A stretch of DNA of 64,000 nucleotides from Candidatus Bathyarchaeia archaeon (GTDB lineage Archaea; Thermoproteota; Bathyarchaeia; Bathyarchaeales; Bathycorpusculaceae). The stretch's first letter is position 1. Each line of letters opens with the position of its first letter. The stretch is from assembly GCA_049516875.1 (NCBI GenBank), contig JBEKSS010000012.1, forward strand, positions 1 through 64,000, read 5' to 3'. This document shows, one piece after another, positions 9,452 through 20,378 of this stretch. The translations under genes and the position numbers were made by a program. The notes under the pieces were generated by a model, which worked only from the letters and a program-made list of their open reading frames with translations, was not told the origin of the DNA and ran no database searches.

Positions 9452-9535
9452 TTAGTTCAGTTTTCTGAGCCCTTTAAGAATCTCTCTCAGAATCTTGATT
9501 TGTTCACTTTGCTGCTCCATTTTTTCAGACCCCAT
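9452..9535 (-). pseudogene. 27-codon mini-ORF, possibly a truncated operon member
   Basis: MGSEKMEQQSEQIKILREILKGLRKLN is amphipathic like the N-terminus of 9571-9936. Confidence 0.4.
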
Positions 9536-9570
9536 TTATTTCGGATGAGTTTTTTGGGCTCAGTTTTTAC

Positions 9571-9936
9571 TTATTCTGTGGTAGCAGGGCTTGGTTGTGC
9601 GCTAGGTTTAGAAGTCTTCGCGCGTTTTTTCAGAGTTCCAAATTCTATCCCGAGTTCTTGTAACGTGAATAGTGCTCTATGAGAACTGTTATACTGGTCT
9701 GGCGGTGCAACAAATCCCGCTTGGATAAACCCAGTGAGCCAGGTACTAATAGTTGGTTGTGGAACCTTTGTCTCAGCTTCAATTTTGCTTTGAGTATTCT
9801 TCCCATCAAGCTTACTGTATACAAGTGCTTTCTCATAAGTATCCAAGACACTAATTGCATTGGCTCTCGAGACGGCCGCTACGGAGAGACGGAGATAAGC
9901 CCTTATATCGTTAAGAAGCTTTTCAGTTTCGCTCAA
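9571..9936 (-). CDS. Winged-HTH protein A, first gene of the HTH-CHAT operon
   Basis: LDGKNTQSKIEAETKVPQPTISTWL..F..AGFV. Confidence 0.85.
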   Translation of the reverse strand: MSETEKLLNDIRAYLRLSVAAVSRANAISVLDTYEKALVYSKLDGKNTQSKIEAETKVPQPTISTWLTGFIQAGFVAPPDQYNSSHRALFTLQELGIEFGTLKKRAKTSKPSAQPSPATTE

Positions 9937-10600
9937 TTTATTCTACTTCCTTTACCGATTATAACAAGCTGGAACTTAAATTTTATGTTTGCGTCTGGAA
10001 CTGAAGTATTTTACGAAGAAATGATCGTAAATAGTCATTCATTGAAAGCGTTTCGTTTGGTTTGGTAAATTTCCATCAATATCTTATACTACATCTCTCT
10101 CAGACCGACATCAAAGGGCAGAACGTGCGCCTTTTTTGAAGCCTTTCATATATTTGCATAAACAAGTTTGACATATGGGAGGATTACAGACAAACCTATT
10201 TGAACTACGAATTATCAGTGACTCAGACAAGGTTAATCTCAGCCATTTCAAGTTCAATGTTGAAGGATTTTCCCCAAAGCTTGCCTAAAGATATGGTGGT
10301 GCCAGCGTTTGCGGAACTCAGTGAGATTTTTGGAACTATTGCCCAGTGGCAGAAGCAAGTGTCTGAGAACAGAGATTCGCCTAGAAAAGAAGCTGAAAAA
10401 GGCAGACTTTTCGTATACTCGCGATTGGCCTCTTCAAAGTGAACATGAAAAAGCCGCCGAACTCAATTCCGCCTTTAAGATTTGCCAAAATCTCCGATGC
10501 TCCGTAGGCCACTTGTGAGAGCAAATATCACTTTAAAGGGTGAAGTATATATTTCTGTTTGGATACGCTAGAAATCTGCGTGTTAGATGGAGAGGCTTCG

Positions 10601-11149
10601 ATGGGTGAAGAGCAGAAGGAACCGCAGAAAGACGCTGAGCAAGTGGAGGCGCTGAAGGATGCTTTGGACGCGGAGAAGAAGCGTTCAGAAGAGTATCTGG
10701 CCAGGCTGAAGTACGCGCAGGCGGACATTGAGAACCTGAAGAAGAGATATGAAAGACAGATGGAGGAAGTGAAGAAGTACTGCACGGAGCCTCTCATCAT
10801 CGAGTTGCTGGATGTTGTTGACGAGTTGGAGTTAGCGGTCAAGTCTGGCCGTTCTTCCAACTCTGCAGAAGCGGTAGTTCAAGGAGTGGAGATGACCCTG
10901 AAGAAACTCAAAAAAGTGCTCGAAGATCAGGGCGTCTCTCCCATAGAGAGCGTGGGTAAACCCTTCGATCCCTCGAAACACAACGCTGTAGCCAAGACAG
11001 AAAAAGAAGGCGTGGATGGATGCACAATAGCTGAGGAAGTCCGAAAAGGTTATACCATGAGAGAAAAGGTGATTAGACCGAGCGTCGTTAAGGTTGTGGT
11101 GAAACCTTCAAAATCACAAGAGGAGATGAATTCAAATGAGCAATGTTAA
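10601..11149 (+). CDS. grpE: Nucleotide exchange factor GrpE
   Basis: [22 protein letters not shown]...VIRPS.V; ATG at 10601 preferred. Confidence 0.95.
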   Translation: MGEEQKEPQKDAEQVEALKDALDAEKKRSEEYLARLKYAQADIENLKKRYERQMEEVKKYCTEPLIIELLDVVDELELAVKSGRSSNSAEAVVQGVEMTLKKLKKVLEDQGVSPIESVGKPFDPSKHNAVAKTEKEGVDGCTIAEEVRKGYTMREKVIRPSVVKVVVKPSKSQEEMNSNEQC

Positions 11150-13001
11150 AGCCGGAGAAAAAATACTCGGCATAGATTTAGGAACGACAAACTCGGCCGC
11201 AGCGATTTATGAGAACGGACGAGCAACGGTGATACCCAGCGCCGAAGGACCCACGATGGCAGGGAAAATGTTCCCCTCAGTTGTAGCCTTCACCAAAGAC
11301 GGCCAACTGCTGGTCGGCGAATCGGCAAAGAGACAGGCAACCGCCAATCCCGAAGGAACAGTGTACGAAATAAAAAGAAAGATGGGAACCGACTACAAAG
11401 TCAACATCTATGGAAAAGAGTACACTCCACAGCAGATATCCTCATTCATTCTGCAGAAGATAAAGAAAGACGCCGAAACCTACCTGGCAGTTCCAATAAG
11501 GAAAGCCGTTATCACGGTGCCTGCCCACTTCAACGACAACCAACGTCAAGCCACGAAGGATGCCGGAGAGATAGCAGGCTTCGAAGTTGCAAGGATAATA
11601 AACGAGCCCACGGCAGCCTGCCTCGCCTACGGAGTTGACAAGGTGGAAAAAGAGATGAAGATACTCGTCTTCAGCTTCGGCGGGGGCACTCACGACGTGA
11701 CCGTGATGGATTTCGGCAAAGGAGTCTTCCAAGTACTGTCAACCAGCGGCGACACACAAATCGGCGGCACAGACTTGGACAAGGCAATAATGGATTATCT
11801 GCTCGACGAATTCAAAAGACAGACAGGCGTCAACATGGCCGGAGACAAAAATGCCATGGGAAGACTTAAGGAAGCTGCAGAGAAAGCAAAGATAGAACTG
11901 TCGACGTTGATGGCGACAGACATTGACCTGCCCTTCCTGTCCTCAGATGTTTCTGGACCAAAACACTTGCACCTCACCCTGACCCGGGCAAAACTCGAGG
12001 GACTGGCCCAGCCGATAGTGCAGAAAACGGAGCACACGATGGTTAAGGCGCTCGAGGATGCGAAGCTGACGCCCAAAGGCATAGACAAGATAATTCTCAT
12101 AGGCGGCATGACCCGAATGCCTCTTGTCCAGAGGTTTGTGGAACAGATAATGGGCAAACCAGCGGAGAGAGGCGTAGACCCGATGGAATGCGTTGCAGTC
12201 GGCGCAGCGATACAGGCGGCGGTGCTCACGGGAGAGGTGAAGGATCTGCTGCTGCTCGATGTTACACCATTGTCGCTCGGCGTTGAAACCCTCGGCCACA
12301 TATCTACAAGAATACTTGAGAAGAACACCACTATTCCCACACGGAGAAGCCAGATATTCACAACGGCGGCAGATTTCCAAACAGCCGTCACGATTCACGT
12401 GCTTCAAGGAGAACGGGCAATAGCGTCGGACAACGTGTCCCTCGGCATGTTCAACCTAGAAGGAATACCGCCATCTCCGAGAGGCGTTCCACAGATAGAA
12501 GTAACTTTTGACATGGACGCAAACGGAATACTCAACGTCACCGCCAAGGACCTAGGCACGGGAAAAGAGGCAAAAATAACTATAACAGCCTCCACGAAGC
12601 TGTCGAAAGAAGAGAAAGAGAGACTCATCAAGGACTCTGAACAATACGCCGAACAAGACAAGAGAAAACGCGAAGAGGCCGAGCTGAGAAACAACGCGGA
12701 CAACCTCATGTACACGGCCGAAAAGACAAAGAAAGACCTTGGAGAGAAACTCGCACCGGATCAGAAGAGCAAGATAGACGCGGCCGTTTCTGCGCTGAGA
12801 GACGCGCTAGCCGGCAGCGATTTGGAGAGAATCAAGTCGACATCTGACGAACTCACCAAGGTGCTTCAAGAAGTCGGAACAGCCGTTTATCAACAAGCCG
12901 CAGCACAACAAGCGAAACAGCAAGCCCCCCCTCCAAGCGGAGAGGAACCTCCAACAGGCGACGGAAAAGTAGTTGACTCTGAGGATTACAAAGTGAAGTG
13001 A
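11136..13001 (+). CDS. dnaK: Chaperone DnaK (Hsp70)
   Basis: [27 protein letters not shown]. Confidence 0.99.
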   Translation: MSNVKAGEKILGIDLGTTNSAAAIYENGRATVIPSAEGPTMAGKMFPSVVAFTKDGQLLVGESAKRQATANPEGTVYEIKRKMGTDYKVNIYGKEYTPQQISSFILQKIKKDAETYLAVPIRKAVITVPAHFNDNQRQATKDAGEIAGFEVARIINEPTAACLAYGVDKVEKEMKILVFSFGGGTHDVTVMDFGKGVFQVLSTSGDTQIGGTDLDKAIMDYLLDEFKRQTGVNMAGDKNAMGRLKEAAEKAKIELSTLMATDIDLPFLSSDVSGPKHLHLTLTRAKLEGLAQPIVQKTEHTMVKALEDAKLTPKGIDKIILIGGMTRMPLVQRFVEQIMGKPAERGVDPMECVAVGAAIQAAVLTGEVKDLLLLDVTPLSLGVETLGHISTRILEKNTTIPTRRSQIFTTAADFQTAVTIHVLQGERAIASDNVSLGMFNLEGIPPSPRGVPQIEVTFDMDANGILNVTAKDLGTGKEAKITITASTKLSKEEKERLIKDSEQYAEQDKRKREEAELRNNADNLMYTAEKTKKDLGEKLAPDQKSKIDAAVSALRDALAGSDLERIKSTSDELTKVLQEVGTAVYQQAAAQQAKQQAPPPSGEEPPTGDGKVVDSEDYKVK

Positions 13002-13056
13002 GCGCTTCGGACGGCATCGTTTAGACTCTCGAAATCTTTAACCTGATGGTAGAACG

Positions 13057-14178
13057 ATGGCGAGCAAGAGAGATTACTACGAAGTCCTTGGCGTTCCGAG
13101 AACTGCCTCTGCCGACGAAATCAAGGATACCTACAGAAAACTGGCAATGCAATACCATCCCGATCGGAACAAAGCACCCGAAGCCGAAGAGAAGTTCAAA
13201 GACATATCGGAAGCCTACGCCGTTCTGTCAGATTCTGAGAAACGAAGACAGTACGACACGCTGGGCCACGCGGGATTCGATCAACGCTACACGACCGAAG
13301 ACATCTTCAGAGGCGCAGACTTCGAATCGATATTCAGAGACATCGGGTTCAACTTCGGATTCGGAGACCTATTCGGCACCATTTTCGGTCAACACAACTT
13401 CGAAGAAAGAGCCACGAGGGGCAGAGATCTCGGCTATGATTTGGAAATAACATTGGAAGAAGCAGCACACGGAACAGAAAAAGAAATCGAGTTCAGAAGA
13501 ATCGAGAAGTGCGACGTCTGCGGCGGCACAGGAGCCGCTCCCGGCACTTCCCCACGAACATGCCCCAACTGCAAGGGCGCCGGAAGGATTCAAAAAGTCA
13601 ACAGGAGCAACTTTGGAACATTCGTCCAAGTTGTACCCTGCTCCACATGCAGAGGACAAGGCAAAATCATCGATTCACAATGCCCAATGTGCCGCGGCAC
13701 GGGCCTAATGCGAAAACAGAGAAAGATCACCGTGAAGGTCCCGCCCGGTATTGACGAAGGATACCAGCTCAGACTCCAAGGACAAGGAGAAATGGCGCCA
13801 GAAAGTGATACTCCAGGCGACCTCTACGCCCTGATTCACATTGCACCTCATTCGTATTTCAAGAGAGACGAAGACGACCTCCTATACGACCTGCAAATAG
13901 GTTTTCCCCAAGCAGCCCTCGGAGCAAGAGTCTCCGTACCCACGCTTGACGGGAACACTGATATGGATGTCCCTGCCGGAACCCAGCCAGGACAGATCAT
14001 CAGACTGAGAGGCAGAGGTATGCCCAAGTTCAGAGGCTACGGAAGAGGCGACCTGCTACTACGAATTGAAATCGTAGTGCCCGAAAAACTCACACAACAA
14101 CAGAGAACCCTGCTCGAGGAATTGGCTAAAGAATTCGACCAGACCGTCCGGCCAAAAAGCCACAGATTAAGATTCTAG
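13057..14178 (+). CDS. dnaJ: Chaperone DnaJ
   Basis: J domain with HPD and four CxxCxGxG repeats. Confidence 0.99.
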   Translation: MASKRDYYEVLGVPRTASADEIKDTYRKLAMQYHPDRNKAPEAEEKFKDISEAYAVLSDSEKRRQYDTLGHAGFDQRYTTEDIFRGADFESIFRDIGFNFGFGDLFGTIFGQHNFEERATRGRDLGYDLEITLEEAAHGTEKEIEFRRIEKCDVCGGTGAAPGTSPRTCPNCKGAGRIQKVNRSNFGTFVQVVPCSTCRGQGKIIDSQCPMCRGTGLMRKQRKITVKVPPGIDEGYQLRLQGQGEMAPESDTPGDLYALIHIAPHSYFKRDEDDLLYDLQIGFPQAALGARVSVPTLDGNTDMDVPAGTQPGQIIRLRGRGMPKFRGYGRGDLLLRIEIVVPEKLTQQQRTLLEELAKEFDQTVRPKSHRLRF

Positions 14179-14211
14179 ACAAGCAGCTGACGGACGTATG
14201 ATGCATCATTC

Positions 14212-14550
14212 TTACTCGGACGCTTTTTCGCGGTTCCTCAGCAGATAGAGCACGAGAAGCACTTCGACGATGATGTTGCCGACTGTGAAGACAGCTTCGG
14301 CCAAGACGCCTAGGGCGCTCGCGCGTGCCAGCTGAATCGAAAAAATGTAGAAGACAAGAAGACCAAGCAAAACAAACACGAATGCAAATTCCCTGCCCAC
14401 ATTTAAGGCACTGGCCTTTCTTCGCGTGTCCTCCTTGCGTCTCGACTTGCTGTCAATGAAGAGATAGATGCTTACAAGAGTGAGGAATATGCTGCTGAAA
14501 CTAATGCTCAGGGCCCACCAAGTGAACAGGTCAATTTCTGGCATATTCAT
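14212..14550 (-). CDS. Small 3-TM membrane protein downstream of mgtA
   Basis: MNMPEIDLF... after a GGAGGA SD, 10 nt beyond the ATPase stop. Confidence 0.7.
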   Translation of the reverse strand: MNMPEIDLFTWWALSISFSSIFLTLVSIYLFIDSKSRRKEDTRRKASALNVGREFAFVFVLLGLLVFYIFSIQLARASALGVLAEAVFTVGNIIVEVLLVLYLLRNREKASE

Positions 14551-14560
14551 TTGTCCTCCT

Positions 14561-17134
14561 TCAGTACTTGCATATTTTGTAGAAGAACACCTTACCAGCA
14601 TCCACGAGAACAAGGTACGTCGCAACCATAAGCACCAGTAGCACCCAGTATTCAGGAGGAAGCGCTGCAAACCCCATAAAACTACCGAGAATGGTGAAGG
14701 GCAGTATGGTTCCGAAGGCCACGCATGAAAGCGTGAGCAAGGCAAGCCATTTTCCAGGACGACTCGTAAAGAAAGGTATTCGCCTGGTTCTAATCACGAA
14801 CATGACTAATACTTCTGTCCAGAATGACTCTACGAACCATCCGGCTTGGAACACTGGCGCTGTAGCTTGTGTTTGGGCGTTGAATATGAAGAGCATTATG
14901 CCGTATGTTAGGAAGTCGTACAGTGAGCTGAACGGCCCGAAAAAGAGAGTGTATTTCCTGACGAAGCTCATGTCCCAACGCTTTGGCGACTTGACATATT
15001 CGTCATCAACATTGTCCGTTGGTAGTGTCATGTTCGAAACGTCGTAGAGCAAGTTCATAAAGAGAATCTGTGATGCCAGCATAGGCTCGAACGGGAGAAA
15101 AACAGATGCAGCGGCGGCGCTGAACATGTTCCCGAAGTTTGAGCTGGTTCCCATCAGAATGTATTTCATGGTGTTGCCGAATATTTTTCGCCCCTCGTTT
15201 ATGCCGTTAGCAAGTACGAGGAGATCCTTCTTGAGGAGCACGATGTCGGCTGCCTCTTTTGCCACGTCTACTGCCGTATCGACGGATATGCCCACGTCGG
15301 CCTCGTAAAGGGCTGGAGCATCGTTCACACCGTCTCCTAAGAAGCCTACGACGTTCTTGTCTGCCTTCAAGGCCTTGATTATGTCGAGTTTCTGTTCAGG
15401 TGTGACTCTCGCGAAAATCGTCGCTTCTTCCACGACTGACTTGATTTCGTTCCAGTTCATCTGCATTAAGTCTGAGCCTACCACTACTCTCTTGACCGGA
15501 ATCTTGAGGTCCTCACAGACTGTTCTTGCAACGAGCTCATTGTCCCCTGTGAGTATTTTCACTGCGACTCCCATGTCATTCAACTTGTTAATGGCATCGT
15601 GGGCATCTTTCTTGGGAGGGTCTGTGAATATGAGAAAGCCCAAAAGAGTCAGATCTCTCTCGTCCTCAACCGAGTAAGAAGTCTTGCCTTGTATGCTTCT
15701 GGAGGCGACTGCGAGAAGGCGGTAACCAAGTTCTGAAAGACTGTAGAACTTATCGTTGATCGCCTTCTGAACATCAGCAATCAACTCGGTTTTTCCGCTA
15801 ATGTCGGCATGCTTGCACTTGCTGAAAACAGATTCTGGGGCGCCTTTGCTGATGAGGGTGTATTCACCATTCTTCTTCACGACGACGGACATCATCCGCC
15901 GCTGATAATCGAAAGGAACTTCATCGACCTTGTTGTAAGGCTCAACATCCCTTTGTGCATCAATCTGTTTGGCATATTCCCATATTGCAACGTCCATCGG
16001 GTTTCCGACGATAGTCTCTCCTAGTACCGCAGCGTTGCAGAGCATCGAATAAGTCAGAAGCGTGTGGTCTTTTTCTTCGCCAAGCGGGTAAACATCCTTT
16101 AACGCTATCTTTCCCTCGGTAAGCGTGCCAGTCTTGTCAGTGCAGAGAACGTTCATGTTGCCGAAATCTTCAATCGAAACCAAACGTTTCACGACAACTT
16201 TCACTTTGGCCATTCTGCTCGCTCCCTGCGAAAGACTGATTGTCACGATTGCAGGCATCAGCTCAGGCACCAACCCGACGGCGATTGCAAGAGAAAAAGT
16301 CAGAGACCAAACAAGGTCATGACCGATCGCCGCGTTTAACGAGAATATTGAGACTGCAAGAACGAGAGTAAAAGCAAGAAGCATGTTCCCGTAACTTTTC
16401 ACTCCTTTCTGGAACTCGGTCTCAGGATGGGAGCGAGTCAAACTTCCTGATATCGACCCCAACTTGCTATTCTTGCCAGTGGAGACTACAACGCCCTGAG
16501 CACTTCCATGAACCACTGCGGAGCCCATGAACAAGTAGTTCGTCAACTGTTGAGGTGTGGGATTCTGAATGTCAAGCTTGTCAGACGTTTTCTCAACTGG
16601 AAATGACTCCCCAGTAAATGTTGCTTCATTAGTCTCAAGATCCTTTGATTTCACGATTCTCAAGTCTGCAGGCACAAGGTCACCGACGTAAACCGAGACC
16701 AGGTCTCCTGGAACCAGCAGTTTTGAATCTATCTGAGAGGATTTTCCGTCTCGGGTAACCACAGCCTTAATCGACACCGCTCGCCGAAGACCCTGAACAG
16801 TCTTCTCTGCTTTGTACTCGTTGTAATACCCCAAGACAACGGCGATTCCTATCATTGCAGCTATTACTAGGGACTGGTCTGGCTCACCAAAGAAACCCGC
16901 AATAGCAGCGCATGCGACAAGAATGGCGAATATAGGGTTCTTGAACTGCCTGAAAAGCACCTGAGCCCGGCTGAAGGCGTGAACGGCCAACTCGTTGAAG
17001 CCGTGGACCTTGAGACGACGCTGAACTTCCTGTTCGGTTAGTCCCTGCTCGCCCGTCTCAAGGGATTTGTAAACATCCGTAGGAGGAATAGACCAATAAT
17101 CCTTTTCGCTGTTTACGGTATGCTCCTTTGCCGT
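14561..17134 (-). CDS. mgtA: Mg2+-transporting P-type ATPase (MgtA-like); frame stays open upstream of the 16990 TTG
   Basis: DKTGT, TGES, GDGVND, SSNFGNMFS, NLLYD; upstream frame encodes YWS...GLTEQEVQRRL..HGFNEL; start at 17134 inferred. Confidence 0.9.
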   Translation of the reverse strand, partial: TAKEHTVNSEKDYWSIPPTDVYKSLETGEQGLTEQEVQRRLKVHGFNELAVHAFSRAQVLFRQFKNPIFAILVACAAIAGFFGEPDQSLVIAAMIGIAVVLGYYNEYKAEKTVQGLRRAVSIKAVVTRDGKSSQIDSKLLVPGDLVSVYVGDLVPADLRIVKSKDLETNEATFTGESFPVEKTSDKLDIQNPTPQQLTNYLFMGSAVVHGSAQGVVVSTGKNSKLGSISGSLTRSHPETEFQKGVKSYGNMLLAFTLVLAVSIFSLNAAIGHDLVWSLTFSLAIAVGLVPELMPAIVTISLSQGASRMAKVKVVVKRLVSIEDFGNMNVLCTDKTGTLTEGKIALKDVYPLGEEKDHTLLTYSMLCNAAVLGETIVGNPMDVAIWEYAKQIDAQRDVEPYNKVDEVPFDYQRRMMSVVVKKNGEYTLISKGAPESVFSKCKHADISGKTELIADVQKAINDKFYSLSELGYRLLAVASRSIQGKTSYSVEDERDLTLLGFLIFTDPPKKDAHDAINKLNDMGVAVKILTGDNELVARTVCEDLKIPVKRVVVGSDLMQMNWNEIKSVVEEATIFARVTPEQKLDIIKALKADKNVVGFLGDGVNDAPALYEADVGISVDTAVDVAKEAADIVLLKKDLLVLANGINEGRKIFGNTMKYILMGTSSNFGNMFSAAAASVFLPFEPMLASQILFMNLLYDVSNMTLPTDNVDDEYVKSPKRWDMSFVRKYTLFFGPFSSLYDFLTYGIMLFIFNAQTQATAPVFQAGWFVESFWTEVLVMFVIRTRRIPFFTSRPGKWLALLTLSCVAFGTILPFTILGSFMGFAALPPEYWVLLVLMVATYLVLVDAGKVFFYKICKY

Positions 17135-17258
17135 ATTCTTGAATCCGCCTCAAGCATGGTCCTCTTGACATTCACAAGGTTTTACTCCTAATACCATCGT
17201 GCGGTATTTAGGCGTTGCGTCACGTTTCCCATGTGCTAGGTTGAGCAGACATCCAGAC

Positions 17259-18080
17259 TCAGTCGGGTTCCTCGTGGATGTCGATTCTTGCTATCTTGGG
17301 ATAGGCTTTCTTGATGTCGCTTTCAAGCTTGCTAGAAATCTCGTGTGCCTCTTTTATGGTGAGTTTCGGGTCAAATCGACATTTGAGGACGACGTGAATA
17401 ATGTCGCCGAACCTCCGAATCCTGATGTCGCTGACGCACTTGATTTCAGGGAACCTCTTTGCAACATCCTCAATGTATGCTTCAAGCTCAGTTTCGACCC
17501 CTGTCAATTCTTTTGAGATGCGATCCGACGCGGATTCCATGTGGACGGTCACCCCTGCCACGTCTGAGTTGATTGCCTTTATTCTTTTTTCAACCTCATC
17601 AGCCACATCATGCGCTTGCCTCACCGTCATGTTCGCGCTCACCTCAAGGTGCAGGTCTACATACAATTTTCCATCAACCGTTTGCACGTGAATGTTGTGA
17701 GCGCCCCTCGAACCGGGAGCTCCTTCAGCCGCGTCCTTGACTGCCTTCCATATACTCTCGCGCTCAGACTTGACCGGTTCAGTGTCAACGGAGATTCTGG
17801 CGTTAGGATACTGGGTTCGAACCGCCTTTTCAACGTCGAAGGCAATTCGATGCGTGTCTTCAGTGGAAAGGTTGCCGTCTAAGAAAACGTGAACATCCAC
17901 ATCGAGCCTCTTCGCACTGAGGCGCACCGTGATGTGGCGTATCCCCTTCACATCCTTTAAAGCTTCAACCTTCCGCCTTATTCTCTGCTCAATCTGATGC
18001 GGGGATCGATCAACCAGTGGAAGTGGCAAGGTCGACACCTCAGCTAATCTACCGCCCTTCGAGAATATATATCTGCACAC
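17259..18080 (-). CDS. Stand-alone protein of three CDF cytoplasmic (ZT_dimer) domains; start uncertain
   Basis: Three repeats of V.VDLH.....T..EAH.I...VE..I......V.VH.EP type; no TM segments. Confidence 0.8.
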   Translation of the reverse strand: MCRYIFSKGGRLAEVSTLPLPLVDRSPHQIEQRIRRKVEALKDVKGIRHITVRLSAKRLDVDVHVFLDGNLSTEDTHRIAFDVEKAVRTQYPNARISVDTEPVKSERESIWKAVKDAAEGAPGSRGAHNIHVQTVDGKLYVDLHLEVSANMTVRQAHDVADEVEKRIKAINSDVAGVTVHMESASDRISKELTGVETELEAYIEDVAKRFPEIKCVSDIRIRRFGDIIHVVLKCRFDPKLTIKEAHEISSKLESDIKKAYPKIARIDIHEEPD

Positions 18081-18249
18081 GTTCCACTCGCCATCAAAAC
18101 GTCAACGATTTAATGTCTCCCTACGCCGCCTGCCCCGATTCTTTTCAGACTCAAAACCCGTAATAGCACGCACTTTTGTTCTCTCGCGTATAAGACGCAC
18201 GCGCGCGCAGGGCGACTTCAACGAATGGACGCAGAATCGAGCACACTGT

Positions 18250-18876
18250 CTATTTCCGTACTCTGTAGCGCCAAGCCACGACCAAGGCCCAGAACATGGG
18301 GACAAGCGATACGACTATGATGACGTAGTTCAAGTTAGGACTGAGACCGCCTGAAAATTGGAGAGTCAAGATGAATTCGCGGGCGAAAAACTCCCACAGA
18401 GCCAGATAAGAGATTGTTATGGACACGACAAGGGTCAAAAAGCTCAGCCTGCGGGCGTTCTTTATTTCTAGAACATCTATGTGAGCCTTCAATGTGTCCA
18501 CGAAAACTGTCACGTGGTCAACGGACTCTTCTATCGCGTCCTGAATGAGAAATACAAGGTCGCTACTGAAACTGCCCAGCTTCTCCTTCAAGGGGCTCCA
18601 TTCGTGCGACAGATCCAGTATCGTCAATCTCTCCTTCTGCAGTTCCTGATAGGTTTTCCAAAGCTCTGCCTCATCTTGTTCAAGCGCTTCATTACCTGCA
18701 GTTCGCTTAAGCTTGCGCCCAACCTCCATCAGAGCCTTAACAAGCCTAATGAGGTCGTTCTGAAAATCCTTATCAACCTTCTGGAGCTCCTGAACTTCCT
18801 TCAATATCTCGTCAAAATCAACGTGCACAGCAAAATCGCTCATCCCACCCATTTCTCCTGCTACTTCATTACTCAC
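18250..18876 (-). CDS. Hypothetical coiled-coil protein with two C-terminal TM helices (CorA-like topology)
   Basis: 208 aa helical ORF ending in two hydrophobic segments. Confidence 0.6.
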   Translation of the reverse strand: MSNEVAGEMGGMSDFAVHVDFDEILKEVQELQKVDKDFQNDLIRLVKALMEVGRKLKRTAGNEALEQDEAELWKTYQELQKERLTILDLSHEWSPLKEKLGSFSSDLVFLIQDAIEESVDHVTVFVDTLKAHIDVLEIKNARRLSFLTLVVSITISYLALWEFFAREFILTLQFSGGLSPNLNYVIIVVSLVPMFWALVVAWRYRVRK

Positions 18877-18959
18877 AAAGATAAAGAACTCGATTAAAAA
18901 CAGTGCGTGTCAGCGCACACCTGAAAGCGATGAAGCTGCCCTACGTGTTGATTTGTCTT

Positions 18960-19433
18960 TCAATTCCTTTTCATGTATGCAACTGTCTTTTCATACAGCT
19001 TTTGGAAGTGTTCTCCAAACGTTTCGTCGCCTTTCTCCTTTCTCATAGCCATGATCCAGGGTTCCAGTTTCTTCCAGTTTGAGACTATGTAGGCATTCAA
19101 ACGGTCAGCTATGACGTCGATGTCAATGAATTTCTTTTCAATCAAGAAACCAACTTCCTCAAAGAAGGCGGTGACCTCGAAGGGATAGTCGCTCGCTTCG
19201 TAGTCACTCTCCACCTGTGCCTTGTATTCTTCATAATCTTCAAACTGGAATCTGTCTTCAACCCATCTGAAAGCCTTGTGAAGCCGGTCACTCTCTGCCC
19301 AATCGAACAGCTTCATTGAAATCTCGAGATCCCTGTGCTTGTCCATGTGCCTGAGCTGAAGTAAGATGAAAACCGTTGCAGAAACGCCAGCCACCGCCGA
19401 AAGGACGGCGGCCCACTCGGTCAGAGTGACCAA
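18960..19433 (-). CDS. DUF4760-like protein
   Basis: N-terminal TM, FFEEVGFL..K, W..L..WI...R, F.EHF..L. Confidence 0.7.
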   Translation of the reverse strand: MVTLTEWAAVLSAVAGVSATVFILLQLRHMDKHRDLEISMKLFDWAESDRLHKAFRWVEDRFQFEDYEEYKAQVESDYEASDYPFEVTAFFEEVGFLIEKKFIDIDVIADRLNAYIVSNWKKLEPWIMAMRKEKGDETFGEHFQKLYEKTVAYMKRN

Positions 19434-19670
19434 TTCAAACCGAAACTCCCTGTAGAATGTGGAAGGTTTACCGTTTTAAAACTTCGCGTTGAAGAATGCT
19501 CTCATCCCGTTGCAAACTGCGTACCTCGTTATGGAAGATATTCGAGGACAGCAGCGACAACCCCGCGGAGCCCAGCATCTTTGCCCAGAGGTGTGACTTT
19601 TGTTTCTGGCAACCGTTTGGCTACACTTATTGGTAAAACCTATATTGCCAAGACTCGCTTCTAGTTTGAG

Positions 19671-20375
19671 ATGGGTTCGTTGGCTATGGAAAATGGCATT
19701 GGCTACATATTGAAAGTGTCGAATCTTAGTGTTAGGCTTCAGAATCAGACGATTTTGGACAACGTAAATTTCAAGGTCAAGACGGGAACGACCTTGGCTG
19801 TGCTTGGACCTAATGGTGCGGGCAAAACCGTGCTGTTCAGGGCATTGCTGAACCTTGTGCCCTATAATGGAAAGATTGAATGGGAAGGGAAAGTGAAGAT
19901 AGGTTACGTGCCTCAAAACATCGCCGTGAGTGACATTCCAATTTCTGTGAAAGAGTTCTTGTCGTTCAGGAACGGGTTAGAAGTCGCGAGCTGCCTTGAG
20001 GCAGTCAGGCTTGACGAAAAAGAGGTGTCAGAAAAGAGATTAGGTATTCTTTCAGGTGGACAGCTGCGGAGGGTGTTGATTGCCTGGGCTCTAATCGACA
20101 ACCCCAACGTGCTGCTTTTCGATGAGCCCACGACCGGCGTGGACATCGGTGGCGAAGAGCCTATTCTCGTTATGCTCAACGAGCTGAAAAAGAGCAAAAA
20201 GATGACGATACTCTTGATAACGCATGACGTGCACACCGTCAACGAGTACTCAGACTATCTGTTGGCACTGAACAAATGTGTCACGTTTTTCGGAGAGTCA
20301 AAGGAAATAATGAACCCGACCGTTCAAAGAACGCTCTACGGCGAAACAGTGTGCGTTGGGGCACCACAAAGATAG
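19671..20375 (+). CDS. Zn/Mn ABC transporter ATPase (ZnuC-like)
   Basis: GPNGAGKT, IGYVPQ, LSGGQ, FDEPTTGVD. Confidence 0.9.
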   Translation: MGSLAMENGIGYILKVSNLSVRLQNQTILDNVNFKVKTGTTLAVLGPNGAGKTVLFRALLNLVPYNGKIEWEGKVKIGYVPQNIAVSDIPISVKEFLSFRNGLEVASCLEAVRLDEKEVSEKRLGILSGGQLRRVLIAWALIDNPNVLLFDEPTTGVDIGGEEPILVMLNELKKSKKMTILLITHDVHTVNEYSDYLLALNKCVTFFGESKEIMNPTVQRTLYGETVCVGAPQR

Positions 20376-20378
20376 AAG

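Noticed and set aside
10200-10518. 80-aa and 69-aa ORFs before grpE
   Set aside because: No SD or motif recognised; possibly debris at the island edge
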